Shown here piece after piece: positions 17,684-26,000 of a stretch of 64,000 nucleotides of DNA (position 1 is its first letter; the number at the start of each line of letters is the position of its first letter). The stretch spans positions 1,824,001 to 1,888,000 of the forward strand of contig CAWGVS010000005.1 in the NCBI GenBank assembly GCA_963826115.1. The letters are read 5' to 3'. The position numbers and the translations under genes are program-made. The notes below the pieces were generated by a model. It was not told the origin of the DNA. It was given only the letters and a program-made list of their open reading frames with translations, and made no database searches. Source of the stretch: an uncultured Candidatus Rokubacteria bacterium. Lineage in GTDB: Bacteria > Methylomirabilota > Methylomirabilia > Rokubacteriales > DASRDR01.

Positions 17684-17765
17684 CTGAGCCTCCTTGTGCT
17701 GAGGGTGACTTCCGGATGCCCGCCACCACCGGCCCCGCGGGCCGGAGTGCCGCTGCCCGTCCCGC

Positions 17766-19499
17766 TCACACCCGGGCGGAACCGGCCGCGCGGCGCCTGA
17801 CCACCGTCTGGACCAGGAACATCCCGCCGAGCAGCACGAACGACGCCGCGACGATGAGCGTCGCCACGGCATTCACCGTCGGCGACACGATCGTGCGCAG
17901 CATGCCCCACACGTAGAGGGGCAGCGTCTGCGTCGTGCTGGTCAGCAGGAAGGTGATGATGAACTCGTCCAGCGACAGCGTGAACGCGAAGATGCCCGCC
18001 GCGGCCAGGCCCGGGACCATGAGGGGCAGCGTCACCGACCGGAAGGTCCGCAGCCGGTCGGCCCCCAGGTCCATGGCCGCCTCCTCGAGCGTGCGGTCGA
18101 ACCCGTACTGCTGCGCGGCGATCACGAAGAAGGCGTAGGGCAGCACGTACGTCGCGTGCCCGATCAGGATCGTCGCGAACGAGAGGTCCACGTCCAGCGC
18201 TTTGAACAGCAGCATGAGCCCGAAGCCCAGCATGATCGTCGGCACGATGAGCGGCACGATCAGGGCCTGGCGGATCAGGGCCCGGCCAGGGAACCGGTAG
18301 CGCACGATGGCGTACGCGCCCGGCGCCGCGATGAGGATCGCGAGCAGCGCCGACAGCACCGCGATCATGAAGCTGTTCCACACCGAGGTCATCAGCCACG
18401 GGTCGTCCAGCGCTTCCCGGTACCACTGGAGCGTGTAGCCGGGCGGCGGGAACACTCCGCCCGCGGCCGAGCTGAACGAGAAGAGCACGAGGAAGGCCAC
18501 CGGCAGAAAGAGGAACGCGTAGCTCAGGACGGCGTAACCACCCAGGAGGCCGGCCCGCCGGTGGGCCGGCCCACCGCGGCGGCTGGTCAGCTGGCCGACT
18601 CCGCCCGCGTACACACGCTCCAGGTCGACCGACCGCCCGAACAGTCCCACCGCCACCAGCGCCACCGCCAGCACGACGAACGACACGGCCGAGCCCAGCG
18701 CGAAGTCGAGGGAGGTCTTGAAGATCGTCACCTGCAGGTTACCGATCATCGTGGCGTTCGCCCCGCCGAGCAGCGCCGGGGTGACGAACAGGCCGAGCGC
18801 GGGCACGAACACGAAGATCACGGCGGCCTGGACACCCGCCAGGCTCAGGGGAAGCGTGACACGCCGGAAGGTCGTCCACGGCCCCGCCCCCAGGTCCATC
18901 GACGCCTCCTCGAGCGACGCGCCGAGCTTCTCGAGCGAGGTGTAGATGGCGAGGACGGCGAACGGGAGGTAGAGGTAGATCCCGGCAACCACCACGGCGG
19001 TCACCGTGTACAGGAGCTGGATCGGCTGGTCCAGCACCCCGGCGCCCCGGAGCACGGAGTTGATCACGCCGTTGCTGGCCAGGATGCTCATCCACGCGTA
19101 GGTCCGGACCAGGAAGCTCGTCCAGAACGGCACCATGACGAGCACGATCAGGAGCCCCTGCCACCGCTGCGTCCGGCGAGCCAGGAAGTACGCGAACGGG
19201 TAGGCCAGCGCGATGCAGCCGACCGTCACCAGGGCGGCGATCTCGAGGGTGCGCCCCATGACGCGCGCGTACACGGACTGAGTCAGCACCGCCCGGTAGT
19301 TGCCGAGGTTCCATACCGGCTCGAGGTCGAAGTCGTGGTAACGCCAGAAACTGAACACGGCCATCGTGCCCATCGGCACCAGGATGAACAGGATCACCCA
19401 TGCCATCAGCGGCAGGGCGGGCAGGACCGCGATCATCGGATGAGGGCCGGTTCGCCAGGTCACCCTCGCCCCGTCCCGACCGCCACGCGCGCCGCCCAT
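17766..19499 (-). CDS. ABC transporter permease, fused PotB-like and PotC-like halves
   Basis: Two EAA loops (LEEASMDLGAG, LEEAAMDLGAD); PFWTSFLVRTYAW; FTLSLDEF. Start uncertain (19436-19499). Confidence 0.9.
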   Translation of the reverse strand: MGGARGGRDGARVTWRTGPHPMIAVLPALPLMAWVILFILVPMGTMAVFSFWRYHDFDLEPVWNLGNYRAVLTQSVYARVMGRTLEIAALVTVGCIALAYPFAYFLARRTQRWQGLLIVLVMVPFWTSFLVRTYAWMSILASNGVINSVLRGAGVLDQPIQLLYTVTAVVVAGIYLYLPFAVLAIYTSLEKLGASLEEASMDLGAGPWTTFRRVTLPLSLAGVQAAVIFVFVPALGLFVTPALLGGANATMIGNLQVTIFKTSLDFALGSAVSFVVLAVALVAVGLFGRSVDLERVYAGGVGQLTSRRGGPAHRRAGLLGGYAVLSYAFLFLPVAFLVLFSFSSAAGGVFPPPGYTLQWYREALDDPWLMTSVWNSFMIAVLSALLAILIAAPGAYAIVRYRFPGRALIRQALIVPLIVPTIMLGFGLMLLFKALDVDLSFATILIGHATYVLPYAFFVIAAQQYGFDRTLEEAAMDLGADRLRTFRSVTLPLMVPGLAAAGIFAFTLSLDEFIITFLLTSTTQTLPLYVWGMLRTIVSPTVNAVATLIVAASFVLLGGMFLVQTVVRRRAAGSARV

Positions 19500-19506
19500 G
19501 CGTCCC

Positions 19507-20643
19507 CTACTCCACCCGCTCGCCGCGGGCCGCGTCGAAGACCAGGCAGTCCGCCTCGTCCCACTCCACGCCGATGGGCCGGCCGATGTGTCCCGCTCCG
19601 TTCCCGAGCTGGGCCGTCGGATCCTCGACCTGCAGCAGCCGGTCCGCGCCGAGCCGGACGACGAGGGTCGCCCGGCTGCCCAGGTAGACGACGTCCTCGA
19701 GTTGCCCCGCGAGCCCCCGTCCCGGCGGCGCTACGCGCACCTTCTCGGGCCGCACCGCCACCCATACCCGCTCGCCGTCCGGCAGCGGCCGCCCCAGCGT
19801 CTTGCCGAATCGCCAGCCTCCCTCGAGCTCGATGGTCACTGTCCGGGCCGCCGACTCGCGGATCTCGCCGGCCAGGAGGTTGCTGACGCCGACGAAGTTG
19901 GCGACGAACGTCGTCCTCGGCCGCTCGTAGACCTCGCGCGGAGAGGCGAGCTGCACGATGCGCCCCGAGTCCATGACCGCGATGAGGTCCGACATCGTGA
20001 GCGCTTCTTCCTGATCGTGCGTCACGTAGATGAACGTGATGCCGACCTCCCGGTGAACTCGCTTCAACTCGAGCTGCATCTCCTTCCGGAGCTTCAGGTC
20101 GAGAGCCCCGAGCGGCTCGTCCAGGAGCAGGATCGCCGGCTGGTTGACGAGGGCGCGCGCGAGCGCCACGCGCTGCTGCTGGCCGCCCGACAGCTCGTGG
20201 GGCCGGCGGCGGTCCAGGCCGCCGAGCCGCACCTGCTCGAGCGCCTGGCCGACGGTGCGCCGGACCTCGGCGGTCGGCAGCGCCTTCACGCGCAGGCCGA
20301 AGGCAACGTTCTCGAAGACGGATAGGTGCGGGAAGAGCGCGTAGTTCTGGAAGACGGTGTTGACGTTCCGGCGGTACGGGGGAACGCCATCGACCCGCTC
20401 GCCCCTGATCGACACGGACCCGGCGGTCTGGGCCTCGAAGCCGGCGACGATCCGGAGGGTCGTAGTTTTCCCGCATCCACTCGGACCGAGGAGCGTGACA
20501 AACTGCCCGCGCTCGATATCGAGGGACACGGCGTCGAGCGCGACGACTTCCCCGAACCGCTTGGTGACCTCGAGCAACCGGAGGTCTGGAAGGTCCCCCG
20601 CGCCGGAGGTTCCCGTGGTCTTCGAGTTCTCAGGTCGCGCCAA
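19507..20643 (-). CDS. ABC transporter ATP-binding protein (PotA-like)
   Basis: GPSGCGKTT, VFQNYALFPH, LSGGQQQRVALARA, LLDEP, YVTHDQEEA; C-terminal TOBE-like region. Confidence 0.95.
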   Translation of the reverse strand: MARPENSKTTGTSGAGDLPDLRLLEVTKRFGEVVALDAVSLDIERGQFVTLLGPSGCGKTTTLRIVAGFEAQTAGSVSIRGERVDGVPPYRRNVNTVFQNYALFPHLSVFENVAFGLRVKALPTAEVRRTVGQALEQVRLGGLDRRRPHELSGGQQQRVALARALVNQPAILLLDEPLGALDLKLRKEMQLELKRVHREVGITFIYVTHDQEEALTMSDLIAVMDSGRIVQLASPREVYERPRTTFVANFVGVSNLLAGEIRESAARTVTIELEGGWRFGKTLGRPLPDGERVWVAVRPEKVRVAPPGRGLAGQLEDVVYLGSRATLVVRLGADRLLQVEDPTAQLGNGAGHIGRPIGVEWDEADCLVFDAARGERVE

Positions 20644-20702
20644 AGACTCCGTCGCGGCGGGACACCCGTGGGGACTCCTCGATGGGCTCCGGCCGCATGG
20701 CG

Positions 20703-20731
20703 ACTATACCGCCCCGCGAGAGGGGCAACAA
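20703..20731 (-). promoter_or_regulatory. Putative sigma70 promoter for the ABC operon
   Basis: TTGTTG (20726-20731), 17-nt spacer, TATAGT (20703-20708). Confidence 0.5.
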
Positions 20732-20735
20732 GGCG

Positions 20736-21371
20736 TCAGCCCTCGAGCTCGTCCGGCGCGAGGACCACGGCGCCCGGCCGAAGGACGGCCGGTGGCGTCC
20801 GCGTCATGTCGAGGAGCGTCGAGGCCGGCCCGCCCGGCGTCGGACCCCCGTCCAGGACGAGGTCGACGCGGCTCCCCAGACCGGCGACCACCTCGTCCGC
20901 CGTGCGCGGGCTCGGGCCGCCGTGGGGATTCGCGCTCGGCGCCGTCACCGGCTCGCCGAGGCCGGCTACCAGGGCGCGGGCCACCGGGTGGCCGGACAGG
21001 CGGACGCCGATCGTCCCCGTCCCTGCCGTGAGCGCCTCCGGCAGGTCAGGGTGCGCCCGCAGGACGAGGGTGAGCGCGCCGGGCCAATGGCGCGCCATGA
21101 GGCCGCGGGCGCGGGCGGGCACCTCCCGTGCCACGCGATCCACCATCGCGACGGAGTCGACCAGGACGAGGAGCGGCTTGTCGGCAGGCCGGCCCTTCGC
21201 CCCGAAGACCCGCGCGACCGCGGCGGGATCCAGCGCGCGCGCCCCGAGCCCGTAGAACGTCTCGGTCGGGAAGGCGACGAGCGCGCCGGCACGGAGGACG
21301 CGGACCGCAGCCTCGAGCACTGCCGGGGCCGGTCGGCTCGTGTCGACGACGAGCCGCGCCGGCGCGCTCAC
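20736..21371 (-). CDS. tsaC: L-threonylcarbamoyladenylate synthase (TsaC/YrdC)
   Basis: VAFPTETFYGL, KGRPADKPL, WPGALTLV, TAPSANP, STLLD. Confidence 0.95.
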   Translation of the reverse strand: MSAPARLVVDTSRPAPAVLEAAVRVLRAGALVAFPTETFYGLGARALDPAAVARVFGAKGRPADKPLLVLVDSVAMVDRVAREVPARARGLMARHWPGALTLVLRAHPDLPEALTAGTGTIGVRLSGHPVARALVAGLGEPVTAPSANPHGGPSPRTADEVVAGLGSRVDLVLDGGPTPGGPASTLLDMTRTPPAVLRPGAVVLAPDELEG

Positions 21372-22696
21372 GAGGATCCGCCGGCCCGTCCCGACCGCCG
21401 ACCGGGCGGCTCGGCCAGGCGCCGGAGCGCGCGGTGGCCGATGTCGCGCCGGTAGTGCATGCCCTCGAACGTGATGTCGGCCGCCGCGGCGTAGGCCGCG
21501 TCCACCGCGGCCCGGATGTCACGACCGAGGGCCGTCACGCCGAGGACGCGGCCACCGGCGGTCGTCAGGGGGCCGTCGCGCCGCGCGGTGCCCGCGTGGA
21601 AGACGGTGACGCCCGGCCGGGCCTCCGCGCGCTCGATCCCCTCGATGGGGATTCCCGTCCGGTACTCGCCCGGATACCCACCGGAGGCGAGCACGACGCA
21701 CACGGCGGCGTCGGGACGCCACGCCACCGTCGACGGCAGCCCGCGCCCCGCTGCGACCGCCTCGCATAGCGGCAGGAGGTCCGCGTCGAGGCGAGGCATC
21801 AGGACCTGGCACTCCGGGTCGCCGAATCGCACGTTGTACTCGAGGAGCCGGGGGCCGTCCTCGGTCAGCATGAGGCCCGCGTAGAGCACGCCACGATACG
21901 GACGACCCTCCGCCGCCATGGCGCGGATCGTCGGCTCGAGCACGGTCCGCGTGACCTCGCTCGCCAGGTCGGCGTCGAGCACCGGCGCCGGCGAGTACGC
22001 GCCCATGCCGCCCGTGTTCGGTCCACGATCGCCGTCGAAGACGGTCTTGTGGTCCTGAGCCGACGCGAGCGGGCACACCACGTGCCCGTCGGTCAGCGCG
22101 AAGACCGAGACCTCCTCGCCCTCGAGGAACTCCTCGACCACCACGCGCGCGCCGGCGTCCCCGAAGACGCGGCGCTCGAGCATGTCGTGAATGGCCCGCG
22201 CGGCCTCCGCGGGATCGCGGCAGACGACGGCGCCCTTGCCGGCGGCCAGCCCGTCGGTCTTGACCACGGCCCGACCTCCGAGCTCCCCGACGAAGGCGCG
22301 GGCGGCGGCCGGGTCGTCGAAGGTCCCGAAGCGCGCGGTCGGAATCCCGTGACGGGCGAAAAGCCCCTTGGCGAAGGCCTTGGAAGCTTCGAGCGCGGCC
22401 GCGGCTCGCGACGGGCCGAACACCGCGTGCCCGCGCGCGTCGAGCGCGTCGGCGAGCCCGAGGGCCAGCGGACCCTCGGGGCCGACGACCGTCAGGTCGA
22501 TGCGCTCCCGGGTCGCGAGCTCGACGATCGCCCCCACGTCGTCCGCCCGCGCGGGCACGCACTCGGCCACCCGTGCGATGCCGGGATTGCCGGGCGCCGC
22601 GTAGAGCGCGCCGAGCCGCGGGCTCCGCGCGAGCTTCCAGGCGAGCGCGTGCTCGCGGCCCCCGCCCCCGACCAGGAGGACGCGGAGGCCGCTCAC
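21368..22696 (-). CDS. purD: Phosphoribosylamine--glycine ligase
   Basis: GGGGREHAL, LEASKAFAK, GLAAGKG, GPNTGGMGAY, EYNVRFGDPE. Confidence 0.97.
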   Translation of the reverse strand: MSGLRVLLVGGGGREHALAWKLARSPRLGALYAAPGNPGIARVAECVPARADDVGAIVELATRERIDLTVVGPEGPLALGLADALDARGHAVFGPSRAAAALEASKAFAKGLFARHGIPTARFGTFDDPAAARAFVGELGGRAVVKTDGLAAGKGAVVCRDPAEAARAIHDMLERRVFGDAGARVVVEEFLEGEEVSVFALTDGHVVCPLASAQDHKTVFDGDRGPNTGGMGAYSPAPVLDADLASEVTRTVLEPTIRAMAAEGRPYRGVLYAGLMLTEDGPRLLEYNVRFGDPECQVLMPRLDADLLPLCEAVAAGRGLPSTVAWRPDAAVCVVLASGGYPGEYRTGIPIEGIERAEARPGVTVFHAGTARRDGPLTTAGGRVLGVTALGRDIRAAVDAAYAAAADITFEGMHYRRDIGHRALRRLAEPPGRRSGRAGGSS

Positions 22697-23580
22697 GAGC
22701 CCTCGCCGTTGACCCACGCGCGGGCGATCTCGGCCCAGCGGCTGTCGGGGTCGAGCTCGAGGTACCGCGCCCAGTGTCGCCGCGCCGCCGCGCTGTCCCC
22801 CGCCCGCTCGAGCGCGGAGGCGAGGTTGAAGTGGGCGTCAGCGTAATCGGGGCGGATCTCCAGCGCGCGCCGATACCAGCGGGTCGCCTGCGGCGCGTCG
22901 CCAAGGTCGTCGTGCAGCGACCCGAGATTGTACGCGGCCTCCGCGAGCGTCGGATCCGCGACGAGCGCGACCTCGTAGTGCCGACGCGCGTCCTCGAAGC
23001 GTCCCATGCGGTGCTGGAGGAGCCCCAGGTTGTTCCAGGCGGCGCCGTGGTCGGGGGCCAGCGTGGTCACGCGCTGGTACGCGTCCACTGCCTGGGTCCA
23101 CTGGGCCGGATCCCCGTCGAGCTCCGAGGCGAGCTCGAACCAGCGATCGGCCTCGCCGCCCCCCGGGGGCAGGAGGGGCCGAACGAGGCCGCGCAGCGCG
23201 GAGGCTCGCGCGTCCTCGGCCAGCCCCTCCTCGGAGAACTCCATGACGATCTGGCCGGACGGCTCGACAAGCCGCGCGTCGCGCTCGATGAAGATCTCGC
23301 CGTCGCGGACCGTGACCCGCAGCTCGGCGAGCGGGGCCTCCGACGCCGTCCCCAGGCGCCGGAGCGAGTCGAGGGCTCGGCGGATCTGCCGGACGGTGAT
23401 GCCCTGGTCGAGAAGCGTGCGGGCCACCCGCAGCGCGACGAGATCCCGGAAGGCGTACTGGTCGGAGCGGCCGGCGGGATGGAGGAGACCGAGCCGCCGG
23501 AGCTGCTCGGTGCGGCGTGGGTTCAGGGCCAGGAGCCGGACCACGTCCCGCTCCGTGACGACCCAGCCGGGGGCGGTCAA
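22693..23580 (-). CDS. MerR-type HTH plus tetratricopeptide-repeat protein
   Basis: N-terminal YAFRDLVALRVARTLLDQGITVRQI (MerR-like); TPR motifs AWNNLG, AAYNLG, AHFNLA; overlaps purH and purD by 4 nt each. Confidence 0.85.
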   Translation of the reverse strand: MTAPGWVVTERDVVRLLALNPRRTEQLRRLGLLHPAGRSDQYAFRDLVALRVARTLLDQGITVRQIRRALDSLRRLGTASEAPLAELRVTVRDGEIFIERDARLVEPSGQIVMEFSEEGLAEDARASALRGLVRPLLPPGGGEADRWFELASELDGDPAQWTQAVDAYQRVTTLAPDHGAAWNNLGLLQHRMGRFEDARRHYEVALVADPTLAEAAYNLGSLHDDLGDAPQATRWYRRALEIRPDYADAHFNLASALERAGDSAAARRHWARYLELDPDSRWAEIARAWVNGEGS

Positions 23581-25172
23581 TGCTTGAAGTGCCGGATCCC
23601 GGTGGTGACCATGGCCATGCCGTGCTCGTTGGCCGCCGCCACGATCTCCTCGTCCCGGATCGAGCCCCCCGGATGGATGGCGGCGGTGGCGCCCGCCTCC
23701 GCAACGACGTCGAGCCCGTCCCGGAAGGGAAAGAACGCATCCGAGGCGGCCGCCGAGCCGGCCAGCTTGTGGCCATGCTCGCGCGCCCGCATCACGGCGA
23801 GCCGCGCCGAGTCGACCCGGCTCATCTGCCCCGCGCCGACCCCGAGCACCTGCTCCTCCGAGCTCAGCACGATCGCGTTGGACTTCACGTGCTTGGCCAC
23901 CCGCCAGGCGAACCGAAGCGCGCGCCATTCGGCCGGCGTCGGCTGGCGACGGCTCACGACGTGCACCGCGACCGGGTCGAGGCCGACCACGTCCGCCTCC
24001 TGGACCAGGAGCCCGCCGGGCACGCTGCGGAGCTCGAGCGGCGGGGCACCGCTCGGGGGTCGGCCCACGGATACCTCGAGCACCCGAAGCTTCTTCTTGG
24101 TGCGGCGGAGCTCCTCCAGCGCCGCCGGCTCGAAGGCCGGCGCGAAGAGGATCTCGAGCAGGATGCCGGCCAGGGCGTCCACGAGCGCCCGGTCCACGGG
24201 GCGGTTGACCCCCACGATGCCACCGTAGATCGAGACGGGGTCCGAAGCCTTCGCCCGCTTGAACGCCACGCCAATGTCGGCCCCCACCGCCGCGCCGCAC
24301 GGGTTCGTGTGCTTCACGACGACCGCGGCGGGCTCGGCGAACTCGACGAGAAGGCCGAGAGCCCCGGCGAGGTCGAGGAGATTGTTGTAGGAGAGCTCGG
24401 GCCCGTGGAGCTGGCGCAGCGCGCCGAGACCGCCGGCCCCGAGCGCCGGACCCAGCGGTCGGTAGAAGGCGGCACGCTGGTGTGGGTTCTCGCCATAGCG
24501 GAGGGAGGCGACCCGCTCGGCGTCCAGGTGCATCACCGGCGGGAATCGGAGCGCATCGGGGGCGGCCGCGCTCGCGGTGGGCGCGGGCGTCCGGAGCCAC
24601 GCGGCGATGGCGGCGTCGTACTGCGCCGTCCGGCGAAACGCCTCGAGCGCCAGGCGCCGCCGCGTCTCCGGCGAGACGGCCCCGCCGGACCGGCGGAGCT
24701 CCTCCAGCACCGGAGCGTACTGGGCCGGGTCGACCAGCACCACCACGCCGGCGTGATTCTTCGCGGCGGCGCGGATCATCGCGGGGCCGCCGACGTCGAT
24801 CTGCTCGAGCGCCTCCTCGAAGCCGATGCCGGCCTTCGCGACGGTCGCCTCGAACGGATAGAGGTTCACGGCCACCAGGTCGATCGCGCCGATCCCGTGA
24901 CGCTCGAGCGCCTCCCGGTGGGCCGGCGCGTCACGCCGCGCGAGGATCCCGCCATGGATCGCCGGGTGGAGCGTCTTGACCCGCCCGTCCAGCATCTCCG
25001 GGAACCCCGTCACCTCGCCGACCTCACGGACGGTCAGCCCCGCCGCGCGGAGCGCGCTGGCCGTGCCCCCGGTCGAAACGAGCTCGACGCCGAGCTCGGC
25101 CAGCCCACGGGCGAGCTCGGCCAGCCCGCTCTTGTCGGAGACGGAGAGGAGCGCCCGGCGGACCTCGGTCAT
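23577..25172 (-). CDS. purH: Bifunctional AICAR transformylase/IMP cyclohydrolase
   Basis: RALLSVSDK, GRVKTLHP, LRYGENPHQ, KHTNPCG, ASDAFFPF, TGIRHFKH. Confidence 0.98.
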   Translation of the reverse strand: MTEVRRALLSVSDKSGLAELARGLAELGVELVSTGGTASALRAAGLTVREVGEVTGFPEMLDGRVKTLHPAIHGGILARRDAPAHREALERHGIGAIDLVAVNLYPFEATVAKAGIGFEEALEQIDVGGPAMIRAAAKNHAGVVVLVDPAQYAPVLEELRRSGGAVSPETRRRLALEAFRRTAQYDAAIAAWLRTPAPTASAAAPDALRFPPVMHLDAERVASLRYGENPHQRAAFYRPLGPALGAGGLGALRQLHGPELSYNNLLDLAGALGLLVEFAEPAAVVVKHTNPCGAAVGADIGVAFKRAKASDPVSIYGGIVGVNRPVDRALVDALAGILLEILFAPAFEPAALEELRRTKKKLRVLEVSVGRPPSGAPPLELRSVPGGLLVQEADVVGLDPVAVHVVSRRQPTPAEWRALRFAWRVAKHVKSNAIVLSSEEQVLGVGAGQMSRVDSARLAVMRAREHGHKLAGSAAASDAFFPFRDGLDVVAEAGATAAIHPGGSIRDEEIVAAANEHGMAMVTTGIRHFKH

Positions 25173-25197
25173 CGCACGGCCTCGAGCTCCCGGCCGA

Positions 25198-25821
25198 TCA
25201 CGGGTGGGCTCGGATCGATACCCGGCGGCCGGCGATCTCGAGCCGGCCTTCCGTGTAGAGACGGATCGCTTCCGGATAAAGCCGGTGCTCCTCGTCGAGG
25301 ATGCGGGCCGAGAGCGTCGCCTCCGTGTCGTCGTCCAGCACCGGAACCGTCCCCTGGAGGACGATCGGACCCGTGTCCACGCCCTCGTCGACGAAATGGA
25401 CGGTCGCGCCCGCCAGCCTGACGCCGTGCTCGAGCGCCTGGCGCTGGGCGTGGAGGCCGGGAAACGCGGGAAGGAGAGCCGGATGGACGTTCAGGATGCG
25501 ATGCCGGTACCGCCGGACGAGCCCGCTCGAGAGCACGCGCATGTAACCCGCGAGACAGACCAGCTCGACTCCGTGGTCGTCCAGGACCCGCGCGACGGCG
25601 TCGTCGAAGGCTCCGCGGTCCGGGTACGCGTGGGGATCGAGATGGACGGCCCGCACCCCCGCCCGGCGCGCGCGCTCGAGCGCCGGCGCGTCCTTCCGGT
25701 CGCTCACGACGACCGCCACGCGCGCGGAACACCGCCCGGCATCGATCGCGTCGAGGATGGCCTGAAGATTCGACCCACGCCCCGAAGCAAGCACGCCGAG
25801 GACGAGGGGCACCGGTCGCAT
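25198..25821 (-). CDS. purN: Phosphoribosylglycinamide formyltransferase
   Basis: SGRGSNLQA, LAGYMR, NVHPALLP, GATVHFVDEGVDTGP. Confidence 0.97.
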   Translation of the reverse strand: MRPVPLVLGVLASGRGSNLQAILDAIDAGRCSARVAVVVSDRKDAPALERARRAGVRAVHLDPHAYPDRGAFDDAVARVLDDHGVELVCLAGYMRVLSSGLVRRYRHRILNVHPALLPAFPGLHAQRQALEHGVRLAGATVHFVDEGVDTGPIVLQGTVPVLDDDTEATLSARILDEEHRLYPEAIRLYTEGRLEIAGRRVSIRAHP

Positions 25822-26000
25822 CGGGGGTCATTCTACCGCCGATTGGGAGTATTCTTGGGGCCGCCCTGGGGTGCCCGTCCGGCAAGACCGACGCCGAGCC
25901 CCGGCGGCCGATGCTGTGCCTCGTGGCCCGGAGAAGCGGCGGACCCGTTGAGGATCGCGATGCCACGCCAGACCCTGCGCCACGCCGGTCCGCCCGACCC

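Noticed and set aside
25822-26000. ZMP/ZTP or purine riboswitch ahead of purN-purH
   Set aside because: The -10 lies 8 nt from the purN start, leaving no leader, and no consensus motifs were seen.
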